Assembly: GCA_964487665.1 (NCBI GenBank) | Contig: CAZARR010000003.1 | Span: 6,998-70,997, forward strand | Reading direction: 5' to 3' | Length of the DNA: 64,000 bases | DNA from: an uncultured Pseudomonadales bacterium | Lineage (GTDB): Bacteria; Patescibacteriota; Microgenomatia; UBA1400; MFAQ01 | Shown here: positions 1-9,533 of the stretch, in pieces | How positions within the stretch are numbered: the first letter of the stretch is position 1 | Layout of the letters: the number at the start of each line of letters is the position of its first letter | The notes under the pieces: generated by a model | Database searches by the model: none | Seen by the model: the letters and a program-made list of their open reading frames with translations, nothing else | What the model was told of the DNA's origin: nothing | Translations under genes and position numbers: made by a program

Positions 1-72
1 AAGCGAGGTAAGAAGTAATAATAATGATCCAGCGGCTATTTTAGAAGTTACCAAAAGTGGTCGGGCAGGCAT
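1..72 (-). CDS. 5' part of a gene running off the window; N-terminus MPARPLLVTSKIAAGSLLLLLTSL looks like a signal/TM segment
   Basis: ATG at 72, 7 nt after the aspS stop; frame open to the window edge; hydrophobic run. Confidence 0.5.
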   Translation of the reverse strand, partial: MPARPLLVTSKIAAGSLLLLLTSL

Positions 73-79
73 TGTTTTA

Positions 80-1390
80 TTAGTTTAAACGAAAATCTAC
101 CCTCTCCATGTCTCGGGGAAATAGTGACGCCTGGCGAACGTTGTCTAAACCCAGAAGAAGCATGGTTAGTCTCTCGAGGCCAAAGGAGAAACCTCCCTCG
201 GGAGGCATTCCATACTTAAAAGCAGAAAGGTACATAGAAAAGTTTTCTGGATTCATACCTTTGTTTTTAATAGCAGTTACCAACTGGTCATAGTTTGAAA
301 TACGCATCGCTCCGCTAGTGATTTCTACACCACGGAAGAGGAGGTCGAAACTAAGACAGAATTCTGGATTGGTGGGGTCCGGAAGGCTGTAGAAGGCTCT
401 TTTTTGGGTGGGATAATGGGTAATTGTAACTATGTCACAGCCATGTTCCTCTCGGGCATAACGACAAATTTCACGTTCGTCCTCGGGCATTAAGTCCGGC
501 TCCTGGGTATGATCCACGCCAGTGCGTGTTTTGATAATTTCTTGAGCTTGTCGCATGGTCAGGCGAGGAATAGATTTTTCTAGTAACAAATCGGTCTGAC
601 CAAGTGAATTAAAAATATCAAGGTGAGACTTTCGGGTAAGTTCGAGAATATTACGCCCGACAAATTCTACAGCGTCAAGCAGTTCGTTGAAATCGACAAA
701 CCCTAGCTCGCAGTCGAGTTGGGTTGATTCGGACAGGTGTCGGGTGGTGACTGATGGTTCTGCACGGTAGATTTTGGCAACAACAGACACACGCTCAAAG
801 ACAGGTACCAACATTTGTTTGTATAACTGGGGGCTTTGCGTAAGAAAAGCTGGGCGGCCATAGTAATCGATCTTGAATACTTCTGCTCCCCCTTCGGTTG
901 ATGACGCAGAAATGGTGGGAACGACTATCTGAACGCAGCCCAGCTCTTTTGCAGATATTAGGAAATTATTTAATATTGATTCCTGAATGAGAAATATATT
1001 GCGAGTTTGAGGGTGCCGGAGGGTAAGAGTGCGATTGTCAAGCAGTGTGGGTAGCTGTAATTGAGGAGTTGAGTCTAGATCGAAAGGCAATTCCGCGGCA
1101 GAAGCCAAGAGCTTGATCTCTTTGGCTTCGATTTCAACTGTACCTGTGAGAAGGTTGGGGTTAATAAGTTTTTCAGGGCGAGCTTTGACCTGGCCAAGGA
1201 TTTCGACCACGCTTTCGGGGTGAAGAATAAATGTTGGTTTGTTGATAACCACGACCTGAACAATACCCGATCGATCGCGAAGATCAACAAAAGTAATCTT
1301 GCCATGGTCACGAATAGAATTCACCCAACCTTTTAAAATAACTTCTTCACCTACTTTATTAACTGTTTTACTGATTAACGTTCGGTTCAT
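80..1390 (-). CDS. aspS: Aspartyl-tRNA synthetase, short archaeal-type (probably non-discriminating)
   Basis: OB-fold GWVNSIRDHGKITFVDLRD; LTQSPQLYKQ; YRAEPSVTTRHL; GMPPEGGFSFGLERL; FPRD; no GAD insert. Start moved to M19 of the ORF (ATGA overlap with rel stop). Confidence 0.88.
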   Translation of the reverse strand: MNRTLISKTVNKVGEEVILKGWVNSIRDHGKITFVDLRDRSGIVQVVVINKPTFILHPESVVEILGQVKARPEKLINPNLLTGTVEIEAKEIKLLASAAELPFDLDSTPQLQLPTLLDNRTLTLRHPQTRNIFLIQESILNNFLISAKELGCVQIVVPTISASSTEGGAEVFKIDYYGRPAFLTQSPQLYKQMLVPVFERVSVVAKIYRAEPSVTTRHLSESTQLDCELGFVDFNELLDAVEFVGRNILELTRKSHLDIFNSLGQTDLLLEKSIPRLTMRQAQEIIKTRTGVDHTQEPDLMPEDEREICRYAREEHGCDIVTITHYPTQKRAFYSLPDPTNPEFCLSFDLLFRGVEITSGAMRISNYDQLVTAIKNKGMNPENFSMYLSAFKYGMPPEGGFSFGLERLTMLLLGLDNVRQASLFPRDMERVDFRLN

Positions 1391-2898
1391 ATCGCATATT
1401 GTAGACCTGCATTGGGTTTGCGGTCTAGATATTTTTTGATCCACATCCTGGCCTTGGCGGTTTTGACGAATGACAACCAGTCCCTAGAGGGAAGCCTTTT
1501 AGATTTTGAACATAAAATTTCTACCAAGTCTCCGTTTTCTAAGTGGTGTTCGAGTGAGGCAATTCGACCATTTACTTTGGCCGACTGGATGTGCAACCCG
1601 AGGTCAGAATGAATAGCGAAAGCGAAATCGACAGGGGTAGAGGCAGAGGGCAAATCGAATACGTCTCCCTTTGGAGAAAAGACATAAATCCTATTTGAAA
1701 GAACGTCTAACTTTAAGTTTGTAACTAGTTCTTTGTTGTTGGCGATTTGCTCTTGCCAACGAGCGAGCTCTTGTATCCAACTAAGTTTATTTGATATAGG
1801 AAAAGCGAGACCCTTTTCAAGTTTTTCTGAAGAAACACCCGAGGATTTGGCTTCTGAATACAAGGAGTGGGTCGCTGCTCCGTATTCAGCATGTCGGTGC
1901 ATTTCTTCGGAACGAATTTGGATTTCGAAAATTCGACCAGTGCGATAAAAAACCTTGGTGTGTATTGACTGATAACCATTGGGTTTGGGGGAGGCGATAA
2001 AATCGCTAACGCCTAAATGCGGGGCGGGTTTGTAAATTTGGTGGACTACTCCAAGCGCAGCGTAGCAATCGATAGTGTTTTTGGTGATAACTCGACAAGC
2101 GATCAGGTCGTGGACCTTGCTTATGTCTTGATCGATATTGTCCCGATTTAATTTGCAGTAGAGACTATATAAATGCTTTCTTCTACCGGTAACCTTCGCC
2201 GGGATATGGGCACGGGTAAGTTCCTTTTTGAGTTTGTGAATAATTCTAGTAGCGGTGGCGCGCGCGGCACGTAAGTGAGTTGAGGCCAAACTACTTACCC
2301 AGGCATGCTCTTTGGGATACACATAAGGGAAAGCCAGGTCTTCGAGCTCACCTTTTACTTTGCCCATACCCAGCCGTCCAGCTAGAGGGGCGTAGATTTC
2401 TAGTGTCTCGAGGGCTATTCTTTTTTGTTTATCGAGTGCTAATGCATCGAGAGTTTGCATATTATGCAGGCGATCAGCGAGACGAATAAGAATCACTCTA
2501 ATATCCTTGGCCATGGCCACAAACATTTTTCGTAGATTTTCGACATAGTAGGCTTGACCGGAGATTTTAAGTCGAACTTTGCCAACTTTGGTAACCCCAT
2601 CGACAAGAAAAGCCACTTCAGATCCGAATTTGGATTTGATGTTGTCCAAAGTGAATGAGGTGTCCTCGACCACGTCGTGAAGTAGAGCCGCTTCGATCGC
2701 GGCTTGGCCTTGATGCCAGGAAATCAAATGAGAGGCTACTGCCAGTGGGTGGGAAATGTAAGGGTCACCGGAGTCACGAAACGTACCGTCGTGGGCGTTT
2801 TGGGCAAAGCGATAAACGTCGTTGAGGCGATCGAGATCGAAGTTTCTGTTTTGAGATTTAATTAGTTTTACTAGATCGGCGTAAGTCAGTGTGGCCAT
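1387..2898 (-). CDS. rel: RelA/SpoT-family (p)ppGpp synthetase/hydrolase (HD + synthetase + TGS, no ACT)
   Basis: PYISHP, LLHDVVED, ADRLHNM, PKPNGYQSIHT, EIQIR, TPVDFAFAIHS. Confidence 0.92.
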   Translation of the reverse strand: MATLTYADLVKLIKSQNRNFDLDRLNDVYRFAQNAHDGTFRDSGDPYISHPLAVASHLISWHQGQAAIEAALLHDVVEDTSFTLDNIKSKFGSEVAFLVDGVTKVGKVRLKISGQAYYVENLRKMFVAMAKDIRVILIRLADRLHNMQTLDALALDKQKRIALETLEIYAPLAGRLGMGKVKGELEDLAFPYVYPKEHAWVSSLASTHLRAARATATRIIHKLKKELTRAHIPAKVTGRRKHLYSLYCKLNRDNIDQDISKVHDLIACRVITKNTIDCYAALGVVHQIYKPAPHLGVSDFIASPKPNGYQSIHTKVFYRTGRIFEIQIRSEEMHRHAEYGAATHSLYSEAKSSGVSSEKLEKGLAFPISNKLSWIQELARWQEQIANNKELVTNLKLDVLSNRIYVFSPKGDVFDLPSASTPVDFAFAIHSDLGLHIQSAKVNGRIASLEHHLENGDLVEILCSKSKRLPSRDWLSFVKTAKARMWIKKYLDRKPNAGLQYAI

Positions 2899-4493
2899 AT
2901 GGTAGATATTTGCAGTTGTAATTTAGTCTTTGAGTTGAAAGTGTTTTCGCGAAGATAAAAAGAGAGAGAGACAAGGCCAGAAAGCGAAGTGGGTTGGTGT
3001 GGAGATGAGAACTGAATTGCGTCGATAGTCAAATTGTTTAATGCTAATGTAAGTTGGAGGTGGTCCCTAGACCGACCAACCAGGCGCGAAGAGATAACTC
3101 GAATGTTTTGGTAGGCGAGTTTTGGCTCGGGGAAACCTTGACCAAATGGGGCGAGCCGATAAAGAGCATCATGAATAACTTTGAGATCTTGTTCTGGGTG
3201 TAAAAGTAGGTCAACGGATTCCGAGACTACACTTGATTCAAAATCAGAAAAACTGGATGATGTCATCAAAGCAGAAGCAAATGAACGTAGTGTTTTTGTA
3301 TCGATGGTAAACCCAGCAGCAGAGGCGTGGCCACCTATCTCTTTAATTTGAGGGAAGTTTTTGAGAATTTGAGTGATATTTAACCCAGTTGGGACACGAG
3401 CAGAACCTTTTGAAAAGTTACTTTGTTTAGAAACTACAATAGCAGGACGTTGGTACTTCTCCATGAGCCTAGCGGCAACAAGACCAATAACACCCTCGTG
3501 GAGGTCACTGTCTGCAAAGAAGAGAACTGGGGGTAAATCGCTTAGGGCAGAGAACTTTTTTTCTGCGAGTGACACTCCAAGCTGGGTCAGATCGCGTCGT
3601 TTTTGATTGAGGTCTAATAATAAACGACATATTGATCTAGCCTTGGGAATGGAACTGGTACACAAAAGGCGGACGGCATCAAGGGCATTACCCAGACGAC
3701 CGACCGAGTTGATTTGAGGTCCGCAGGTGAATCCAAGGTACGAAGCGTCCAGTTTATGAATGTCGGTCAACCCGGATTGGTTAAATAGAAGCTTGAGTCC
3801 CAAGCGGGGGGATTGGCGTATTTGGTCAAGACCAGAGATCACCAGTGAGCGATTCATTTCTAGGAGTGGAATTTGGTCACAAATTGTAGCTAGAGCAACG
3901 AGATCCATTCCGAGACAGTCAGGCGAAAGGCTTTGTGCCAGGATAAATGCAAGAGTGGCTCCACAGGTAAGGGTGGAATGAATTAGGGGTGCGGGAGGGG
4001 GGATGTCGGGAAGTTGGTGGTGGTCGGTAATAACAAAGTCAACGCCGAGCCGCTGGTATTGGGAAACTACATTGAAAGAGGTTGCCCCGCAATCGACTGT
4101 GATGATCAGAGGTTTCTGATTAGGGAACATAGATAAAGCTAGATCGAGGGCGGCGGAACTGAGACCGTAACCATGATGTTGCCGATCGGGAATAAAAGGG
4201 AGTGAGTTTAGACCAATGTTGTGTAATGTTTGCCACAAAATTGATGTAGCGCAAATGCCATCAACGTCATAATCACCAAATACGATGACTGGGCGATTTG
4301 ACTTGAGACAATCGTTGATTAGCTCAAGTGCTTGGTCTAGGGCTTTTTTGTCTATTTGTAAAAAGTGACAAAGTGAGGCAAGGTCAGTTTTTTGTGGCTT
4401 TAGTCCTGCCAAATTTCGGCCACTCATAATGGTATCAACAATTTCTGTAGCAGTTTGGGGGTGGGTTTGTTGGGTAACTACCTGCCAATTCAT
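2886..4493 (-). CDS. recJ: ssDNA exonuclease RecJ
   Basis: GDYDVDG, ITVDCG, TDHH, GSAR, GGHASAAG, APFGQG. Confidence 0.92.
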   Translation of the reverse strand: MNWQVVTQQTHPQTATEIVDTIMSGRNLAGLKPQKTDLASLCHFLQIDKKALDQALELINDCLKSNRPVIVFGDYDVDGICATSILWQTLHNIGLNSLPFIPDRQHHGYGLSSAALDLALSMFPNQKPLIITVDCGATSFNVVSQYQRLGVDFVITDHHQLPDIPPPAPLIHSTLTCGATLAFILAQSLSPDCLGMDLVALATICDQIPLLEMNRSLVISGLDQIRQSPRLGLKLLFNQSGLTDIHKLDASYLGFTCGPQINSVGRLGNALDAVRLLCTSSIPKARSICRLLLDLNQKRRDLTQLGVSLAEKKFSALSDLPPVLFFADSDLHEGVIGLVAARLMEKYQRPAIVVSKQSNFSKGSARVPTGLNITQILKNFPQIKEIGGHASAAGFTIDTKTLRSFASALMTSSSFSDFESSVVSESVDLLLHPEQDLKVIHDALYRLAPFGQGFPEPKLAYQNIRVISSRLVGRSRDHLQLTLALNNLTIDAIQFSSPHQPTSLSGLVSLSFYLRENTFNSKTKLQLQISTIWPH

Positions 4494-4500
4494 AGTAGAT

Positions 4501-4528
4501 ATTTTAGACGAGACCAGAATGCTAAGAT
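4501..4528. promoter_or_regulatory. Divergent -10 boxes for recJ (TAAAAT, minus) and cca (TGcTAAGAT, plus), each 7 nt before its ATG
   Basis: 42-nt intergenic gap with two -10-like hexamers at leaderless spacing. Confidence 0.6.
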
Positions 4529-4535
4529 ATGGGTG

Positions 4536-5993
4536 ATGCAGAGAGACTTACTAACTGACGAAATCGACTTGATTGGAGAAGTAACTTTGGGCTTGATGGG
4601 TCGTTTTGAGGAGAGAGGTTATGAAATATATCTGGTGGGCGGGGGGGTCCGCCGGGTGTTGTCAGGGCAAAGGCCGATAAATCCTGATTTGACGACCAAT
4701 GCCACCCCACAACAAACACAAGAAGTTCTAAAAGAATTTGATACTTATTACGAAAATGATTTCGGGATGGTGGGCTTGAAACATAATGATGACATTTATG
4801 AGATAACAACTTTTCGTAGTGAGAAGGGATACTCTGATTTTCGTCGCCCAGACAAGGTTATTTGGGGTAAGTCACTTGAAGAAGATATAAAAAGACGAGA
4901 CTTTACCATGAACACAATGGTGATGGGTAGACGGGATGGAAAATACAAATTAATTGACACCCAGGGTGGACTCGATGATTTCGAAAGGGGAATTATTCGT
5001 ACCGTTGGTAACCCAAAAGAAAGATTCGGAGAGGATGCCCTAAGAATGATGCGAGCGGTGCGATTTGCCACCACGCTGTCGTTTCAGATCGAAAAAGAAA
5101 CCCTAGAGGGGATAGTTAGCCAGGCCCCAGTGATGGGGAAAATAAGCAGGGAAAGAGTACGCGATGAACTGTTTAAAATAATAAAGTCCGATTACCCAGC
5201 GGATGGGATTAGATTGTTAATCAATACCGGGTTGATGGAACACATAATTCCCGAGCTGTTGGAGGGAAAGGGGGTCGAACAGACCGGGCACCATACACTG
5301 GATGTACTAGATCATATGATTGAGTCATTGAGAAATTGCCCGGCAAGCGATCCCATCGTGAGGTTGGCGACCTTGATACACGATATCGGGAAGCCACGTA
5401 GTAAACGGTGGAAGTGCAGGTCGTGTCATGCGATGTTGAAAACTTCTGATTTAAAGACCGACAACAACTTGGTTTGTCGAGTTTGTGGAGCAATTCAAAC
5501 GACTAGACAGTCATCAACATTCTACGGCCACGAGGTAATCGGAGCAAAGATGGCTGAAAAGATTGCTGATGATTTACGTCTAACTAATAACGATAAAAAG
5601 CGGGTGGTTACATTGGTGCGGTGCCATATGTTTAATTATCAAAAGGAGATGACAGACGCCGCCATCAGGCGATTTATACGCCGGGTTGGAAAGGAAAATA
5701 TTAACGATGTTCTGCTCCTACGAATAGGTGATCGTAAAGGAGGGGGTAGCAAGACGACAAACTGGAGATTGATGGAATTACAGCGAAGAATCGGGGAGCA
5801 GCTTTTTGAGCCTTTGCAAATTCGGGATATGGCTGTGAATGGTGAAGATGTGATGAGGGTGTTGGGAATCAAACCCGGGCCTAGTGTTGGTGAGATCCTA
5901 AAAAAGTTATTTGACGAGGTGTTGGAAGATACAAGAAAAAATCAACGTGAGTTGTTGCTCGAGCGCATCAAGGAGATCGACTCAGCGAAGTGA
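4536..5993 (+). CDS. cca: Class II tRNA nucleotidyltransferase (CCA-adding/PolyA-pol family) with HD domain and Zn-ribbon insert
   Basis: YLVGG, EITTFR, RRDFTMN, RFGEDALRMMRAVRF, SRERVRDE, HDIGKP; start placed at M28 of the ORF behind an extended -10. Confidence 0.85.
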   Translation: MQRDLLTDEIDLIGEVTLGLMGRFEERGYEIYLVGGGVRRVLSGQRPINPDLTTNATPQQTQEVLKEFDTYYENDFGMVGLKHNDDIYEITTFRSEKGYSDFRRPDKVIWGKSLEEDIKRRDFTMNTMVMGRRDGKYKLIDTQGGLDDFERGIIRTVGNPKERFGEDALRMMRAVRFATTLSFQIEKETLEGIVSQAPVMGKISRERVRDELFKIIKSDYPADGIRLLINTGLMEHIIPELLEGKGVEQTGHHTLDVLDHMIESLRNCPASDPIVRLATLIHDIGKPRSKRWKCRSCHAMLKTSDLKTDNNLVCRVCGAIQTTRQSSTFYGHEVIGAKMAEKIADDLRLTNNDKKRVVTLVRCHMFNYQKEMTDAAIRRFIRRVGKENINDVLLLRIGDRKGGGSKTTNWRLMELQRRIGEQLFEPLQIRDMAVNGEDVMRVLGIKPGPSVGEILKKLFDEVLEDTRKNQRELLLERIKEIDSAK

Positions 5994-6866
5994 TTTAAAG
6001 ACTTTGTTCCAAACGGTAATAAGAGGAACGGCAACGAAAGGTGATGAGTAGGTGCCGGAGATGGTGCCTATGAGTAGGGCAATAGCAAAACCTCGAATAC
6101 TGTCTCCGCCGAGAACAACTAAGGCAATTAACATAAAGATAATCGTGAGTGAGTTGTTGATTGACCTGGTTAGAGTCTGGCTGACAGCAAGATTGGTTAG
6201 CTCGAGGAAGTCGGGGACTTTTTGTTTGTGAGACAGTTCACGGATACGATCGTAGACGACAATGGTATCGTGAACTGAAAATGAAAGGGTGGTAAGTACC
6301 GCGGTAACGAAGAGCAAATCGGTGGTAAGTCCAAAAAAGTGCCCCAAAAGGGAAAAGGAACCGATAAGTACAATACTATCGTGAAGCATGGCTAGAACGG
6401 CACTGAGGCCATATTTAAGCTCTTTGAACACGTATGCCACATAACCGAGAATCACTAGCGAAGCAAGTAACAGTCCCATGGCGGTCTTGCGAATCGTTTC
6501 CCGACCAAGGACTGGACCGACTGTTTCGAAACTTGAGAGTTTGGCAGCTGAATCAGTTTGAGAGAGTGCGGTTTTTATGTCGTTGGCCTGTTGTTGTGTT
6601 ATGGTCTTGAGTTCCAACTTGACAAGGTTACCTTTTTGAGTCAAATCGGTGACGGGATAATCTTTGAGAAGTTCTTTGGTCTTTTCGGGAAGTAGGGTGA
6701 CGCCTTCGACTACCAGGGTGGATCCCCCAGTAAACTCGATCGACAATTTTAAACCAAAACGTATCAGCGAATAGACGCCTGGAAGGATGACTATTAGTGA
6801 AATAAGTGCATAAATTGGTCTTAGTCGCATCCAGTTGAAGGTTTGGGGTTGTATTTGTTTGGACAT
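5982..6866 (-). CDS. secF: Protein translocase subunit SecF
   Basis: IEFTGG, ETVGPVLG, HDTIVVYDRIRE, TLTRSINNSLT; start M29 just after the secD stop. Confidence 0.92.
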   Translation of the reverse strand: MSKQIQPQTFNWMRLRPIYALISLIVILPGVYSLIRFGLKLSIEFTGGSTLVVEGVTLLPEKTKELLKDYPVTDLTQKGNLVKLELKTITQQQANDIKTALSQTDSAAKLSSFETVGPVLGRETIRKTAMGLLLASLVILGYVAYVFKELKYGLSAVLAMLHDSIVLIGSFSLLGHFFGLTTDLLFVTAVLTTLSFSVHDTIVVYDRIRELSHKQKVPDFLELTNLAVSQTLTRSINNSLTIIFMLIALVVLGGDSIRGFAIALLIGTISGTYSSPFVAVPLITVWNKVFKSLR

Positions 6867-6867
6867 T

Positions 6868-8235
6868 TTATTTGGTTGTCTTGGGCTGGCCTTTGTAAAA
6901 GACGCGTAGTAAATTGCGGGTAACAAAAATACCAGTAAATAACGAAACAATAATACCTAGAATCAGTGTGAAGGCAAAACCCCGAACCAAACCTGAGACA
7001 TTTAGAAACTCCCAGTTGAGTGGGTTAAAAAGAATAATTCCGGTCAAAATAGTTGTGGTGTTGGCATCACGAATTGAATCCCAGGCGCGACCGAAGGCAA
7101 GCTCTAAGGCCACTTGCCAGTTTCTATCGGATCGAATTTCCTCTTTGTAGCGTTCAAAGATAAGAATGTTGCTGTCTACGGCCATACCCACAGAGAGGAT
7201 AAATCCAGCGATACCAGGCAAACTGAGGGTAACGGGAATAAGCTTGTAGAGAGCTAGGGTAATAAGTCCGTAGATGACTAACCCAGCGCTGGCAATAACT
7301 CCAAGGCGCCCGTAAAGGACGGACATAAAAATTATTACGCTGGCAAGGCCTACGCCACCAGCAACAAGGCTTTTTTGCACTGATTCGACCCCCAAACTTG
7401 GAGGTATGTTTTTTTGCCCCTCTATGTTGATGGGTACCGGAAGAGCACCCGCATCGAGTTGAACCGCCAAAGATTTGGCCTCTTTGGTGGTAAACTTGCC
7501 AGTAATTTGGGCATTGCCATCGGCTATTTCGGTTTGGACAACGGGCATCGTAATGGGGTAACCATCAAGAAGAATGGCAATTGGTTTGTTGATATTTTCT
7601 TTGGTAAGTTTTGCGAACTTGTCTTTACCCGAATCCTGAAATGAAATTGCGACAGCTGGTGACCTGTCTTCTGTTTCGAAGCTAACTGAGGCCTTTTTTA
7701 AATCCGATCCAGTTAGGTCAGTCAGACTAAAACCAACAAATGTAGCCGCATCAGATGCGGTTTTGCCTGGCTTGTATTGAGGTAGAGCAAACTGCAATTT
7801 TGCTGTTTGACCTATAAGACTTATAGCTTGGGTGGGGTCTTCTACACCAGGCAACTCAACGATAAGTCGGTAGTTTCCGCCACTATTAAGCGTTTTGATA
7901 GAAGATTCGGCAACTCCATACAAATCGACCCGACGGGAGATCACTGAGCGGACAGACTCTAGGGCGGCCTCGCGGTCTGAGTTGTTAATTTTCGACATAT
8001 CAGCGGTTAGGGTAACCTGCATCCCCCCCAATAGGTCCAGTCCCCTTTTTATATCGAAGTCGCGTCTGAGCGAAAAGTTGCCAATTTTTAGATCCAATGA
8101 TGGCCGGGAGAGATCGACCTTGATATTTTTGTTAAATATGTTGGTTGAGAAAATATAGTCTTTGGGAACATCAATTACTAGGCAAAGGGCAGTGATGAGG
8201 ATAATAAGAATGAGATTTTTTTGCTGATCTTTCAT
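6868..8235 (-). CDS. secD: Protein translocase subunit SecD
   Basis: GLDLLGG, IVELPG, GALPVP, GMAVDSNILIFER. Confidence 0.93.
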   Translation of the reverse strand: MKDQQKNLILIILITALCLVIDVPKDYIFSTNIFNKNIKVDLSRPSLDLKIGNFSLRRDFDIKRGLDLLGGMQVTLTADMSKINNSDREAALESVRSVISRRVDLYGVAESSIKTLNSGGNYRLIVELPGVEDPTQAISLIGQTAKLQFALPQYKPGKTASDAATFVGFSLTDLTGSDLKKASVSFETEDRSPAVAISFQDSGKDKFAKLTKENINKPIAILLDGYPITMPVVQTEIADGNAQITGKFTTKEAKSLAVQLDAGALPVPINIEGQKNIPPSLGVESVQKSLVAGGVGLASVIIFMSVLYGRLGVIASAGLVIYGLITLALYKLIPVTLSLPGIAGFILSVGMAVDSNILIFERYKEEIRSDRNWQVALELAFGRAWDSIRDANTTTILTGIILFNPLNWEFLNVSGLVRGFAFTLILGIIVSLFTGIFVTRNLLRVFYKGQPKTTK

Positions 8236-8967
8236 CTATGTGAGAATTGTAACCCCTGAGTCTGTAACAAAGACAGTCTCTTCGAAAAGGGCGCTCAGTG
8301 AACCGTCTGCGGTTTCGATGGTCCATCCATCGTTCGATAGTTTTAGCTGTGACCCCCCCATGGTATACATGACCTCAATAGCGAGCGCCTGACCTGGATA
8401 AATGATGTCTTTCTGGGATTTTTTATCGGGGTAACAGGGGATGTTCGGCGGCTCGTGAAGAGAGTGACCAATACCGTGGCCAGTAAGGTCATAGACAACT
8501 TGGTACTGATGGAATGAAATGGTGTTGAATATGGCTAGACTAATGTCATAAACTGTGCCACCCGGCTTGGTAGCACGGATCGCATTGTCCAGAGCAATTT
8601 GGCCGGCTTTTAGGAAATGCTCCACCTTGGGCGTGTTCGGAGGTAGCTGAAACGATATGGATGTATCAAGATGATAATTCTGATACATCAATCCTAGGTC
8701 GATAGAGACAATGTCTGAAGGCTTGAGTGCTTTTTGATCAGGAAGGCCGTGAACGATACCCGCGTTGAGATTGATACAGGTAGCATGATGGTAATGAGGA
8801 ACTGTCTTGAACGAGGCTAGACAACCGTGTTTCGCGATCAGTTGTTCAGCTAACGCGTCAATTTGGGAGAGGGTGACCCCTACTTTGGCGGTCTGACAAA
8901 GCTCATCTCTGATTTGGTGGAGGATTTGACCTCCTTTTTGCATGATGGGAAATTTGGCTGATTTCAT
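8236..8967 (-). CDS. map: Methionine aminopeptidase type I
   Basis: IVHGLP, SIDLG, GHGIG..LHEPP, LAIEVM, FEETV; follows adk. Confidence 0.92.
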   Translation of the reverse strand: MKSAKFPIMQKGGQILHQIRDELCQTAKVGVTLSQIDALAEQLIAKHGCLASFKTVPHYHHATCINLNAGIVHGLPDQKALKPSDIVSIDLGLMYQNYHLDTSISFQLPPNTPKVEHFLKAGQIALDNAIRATKPGGTVYDISLAIFNTISFHQYQVVYDLTGHGIGHSLHEPPNIPCYPDKKSQKDIIYPGQALAIEVMYTMGGSQLKLSNDGWTIETADGSLSALFEETVFVTDSGVTILT

Positions 8968-9527
8968 GAACCCAGATGGTCGAGGTTAGAGCAAATATTT
9001 TTGTGAATGGTTTCAACGTCGGGAGAGCCATCTATATCTATTACTAGGTTTTGTGCGCGGTAATAATCAATTACTGGTTTGGTATCGCGCTCAAAGGTTG
9101 TTAGGCGAATATTTATTGAGTCTAGATTGTCGTCACTTCGGCCTTCAGTCTGGGCACGGTGTAGTAGACGTCTGACGCTTTCTTCTCGTGAGAGAATAAG
9201 ATTAAGAACTTTGGTCAAAGAGATTTTGTTTTCGTGAAATATATATTCAAGGTCTTTGGCTTGTTCTAGATTTCTGGGGGTACCATCGAGGATAAACCCA
9301 TCCTGGCTTAATAAATCTAGTTCAATAAGAGACAGGACTAGGCTAAAAGGCACCAACTTCCCTTTGTTAAAAATAGAGGTAATAAGCCGACCTTGGGGCG
9401 AGTTTTCCTGGGCTTTACGGCGTAGGGCTGCACCCGTAGAAATGTGCCGAAGGTTGTAGCGGGCAGAGATAAGTTTGGCCTGAGTGCCCTTCCCGGACCC
9501 CTGTGGTCCGATAATAATTAGATTCAT
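8964..9527 (-). CDS. adk: Adenylate kinase, short-LID type
   Basis: GPQGSGKGTQ, ISTG, LDGTPRN, GRSDD; follows secY. Confidence 0.93.
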   Translation of the reverse strand: MNLIIIGPQGSGKGTQAKLISARYNLRHISTGAALRRKAQENSPQGRLITSIFNKGKLVPFSLVLSLIELDLLSQDGFILDGTPRNLEQAKDLEYIFHENKISLTKVLNLILSREESVRRLLHRAQTEGRSDDNLDSINIRLTTFERDTKPVIDYYRAQNLVIDIDGSPDVETIHKNICSNLDHLGS

Positions 9528-9533
9528 ACAGAA

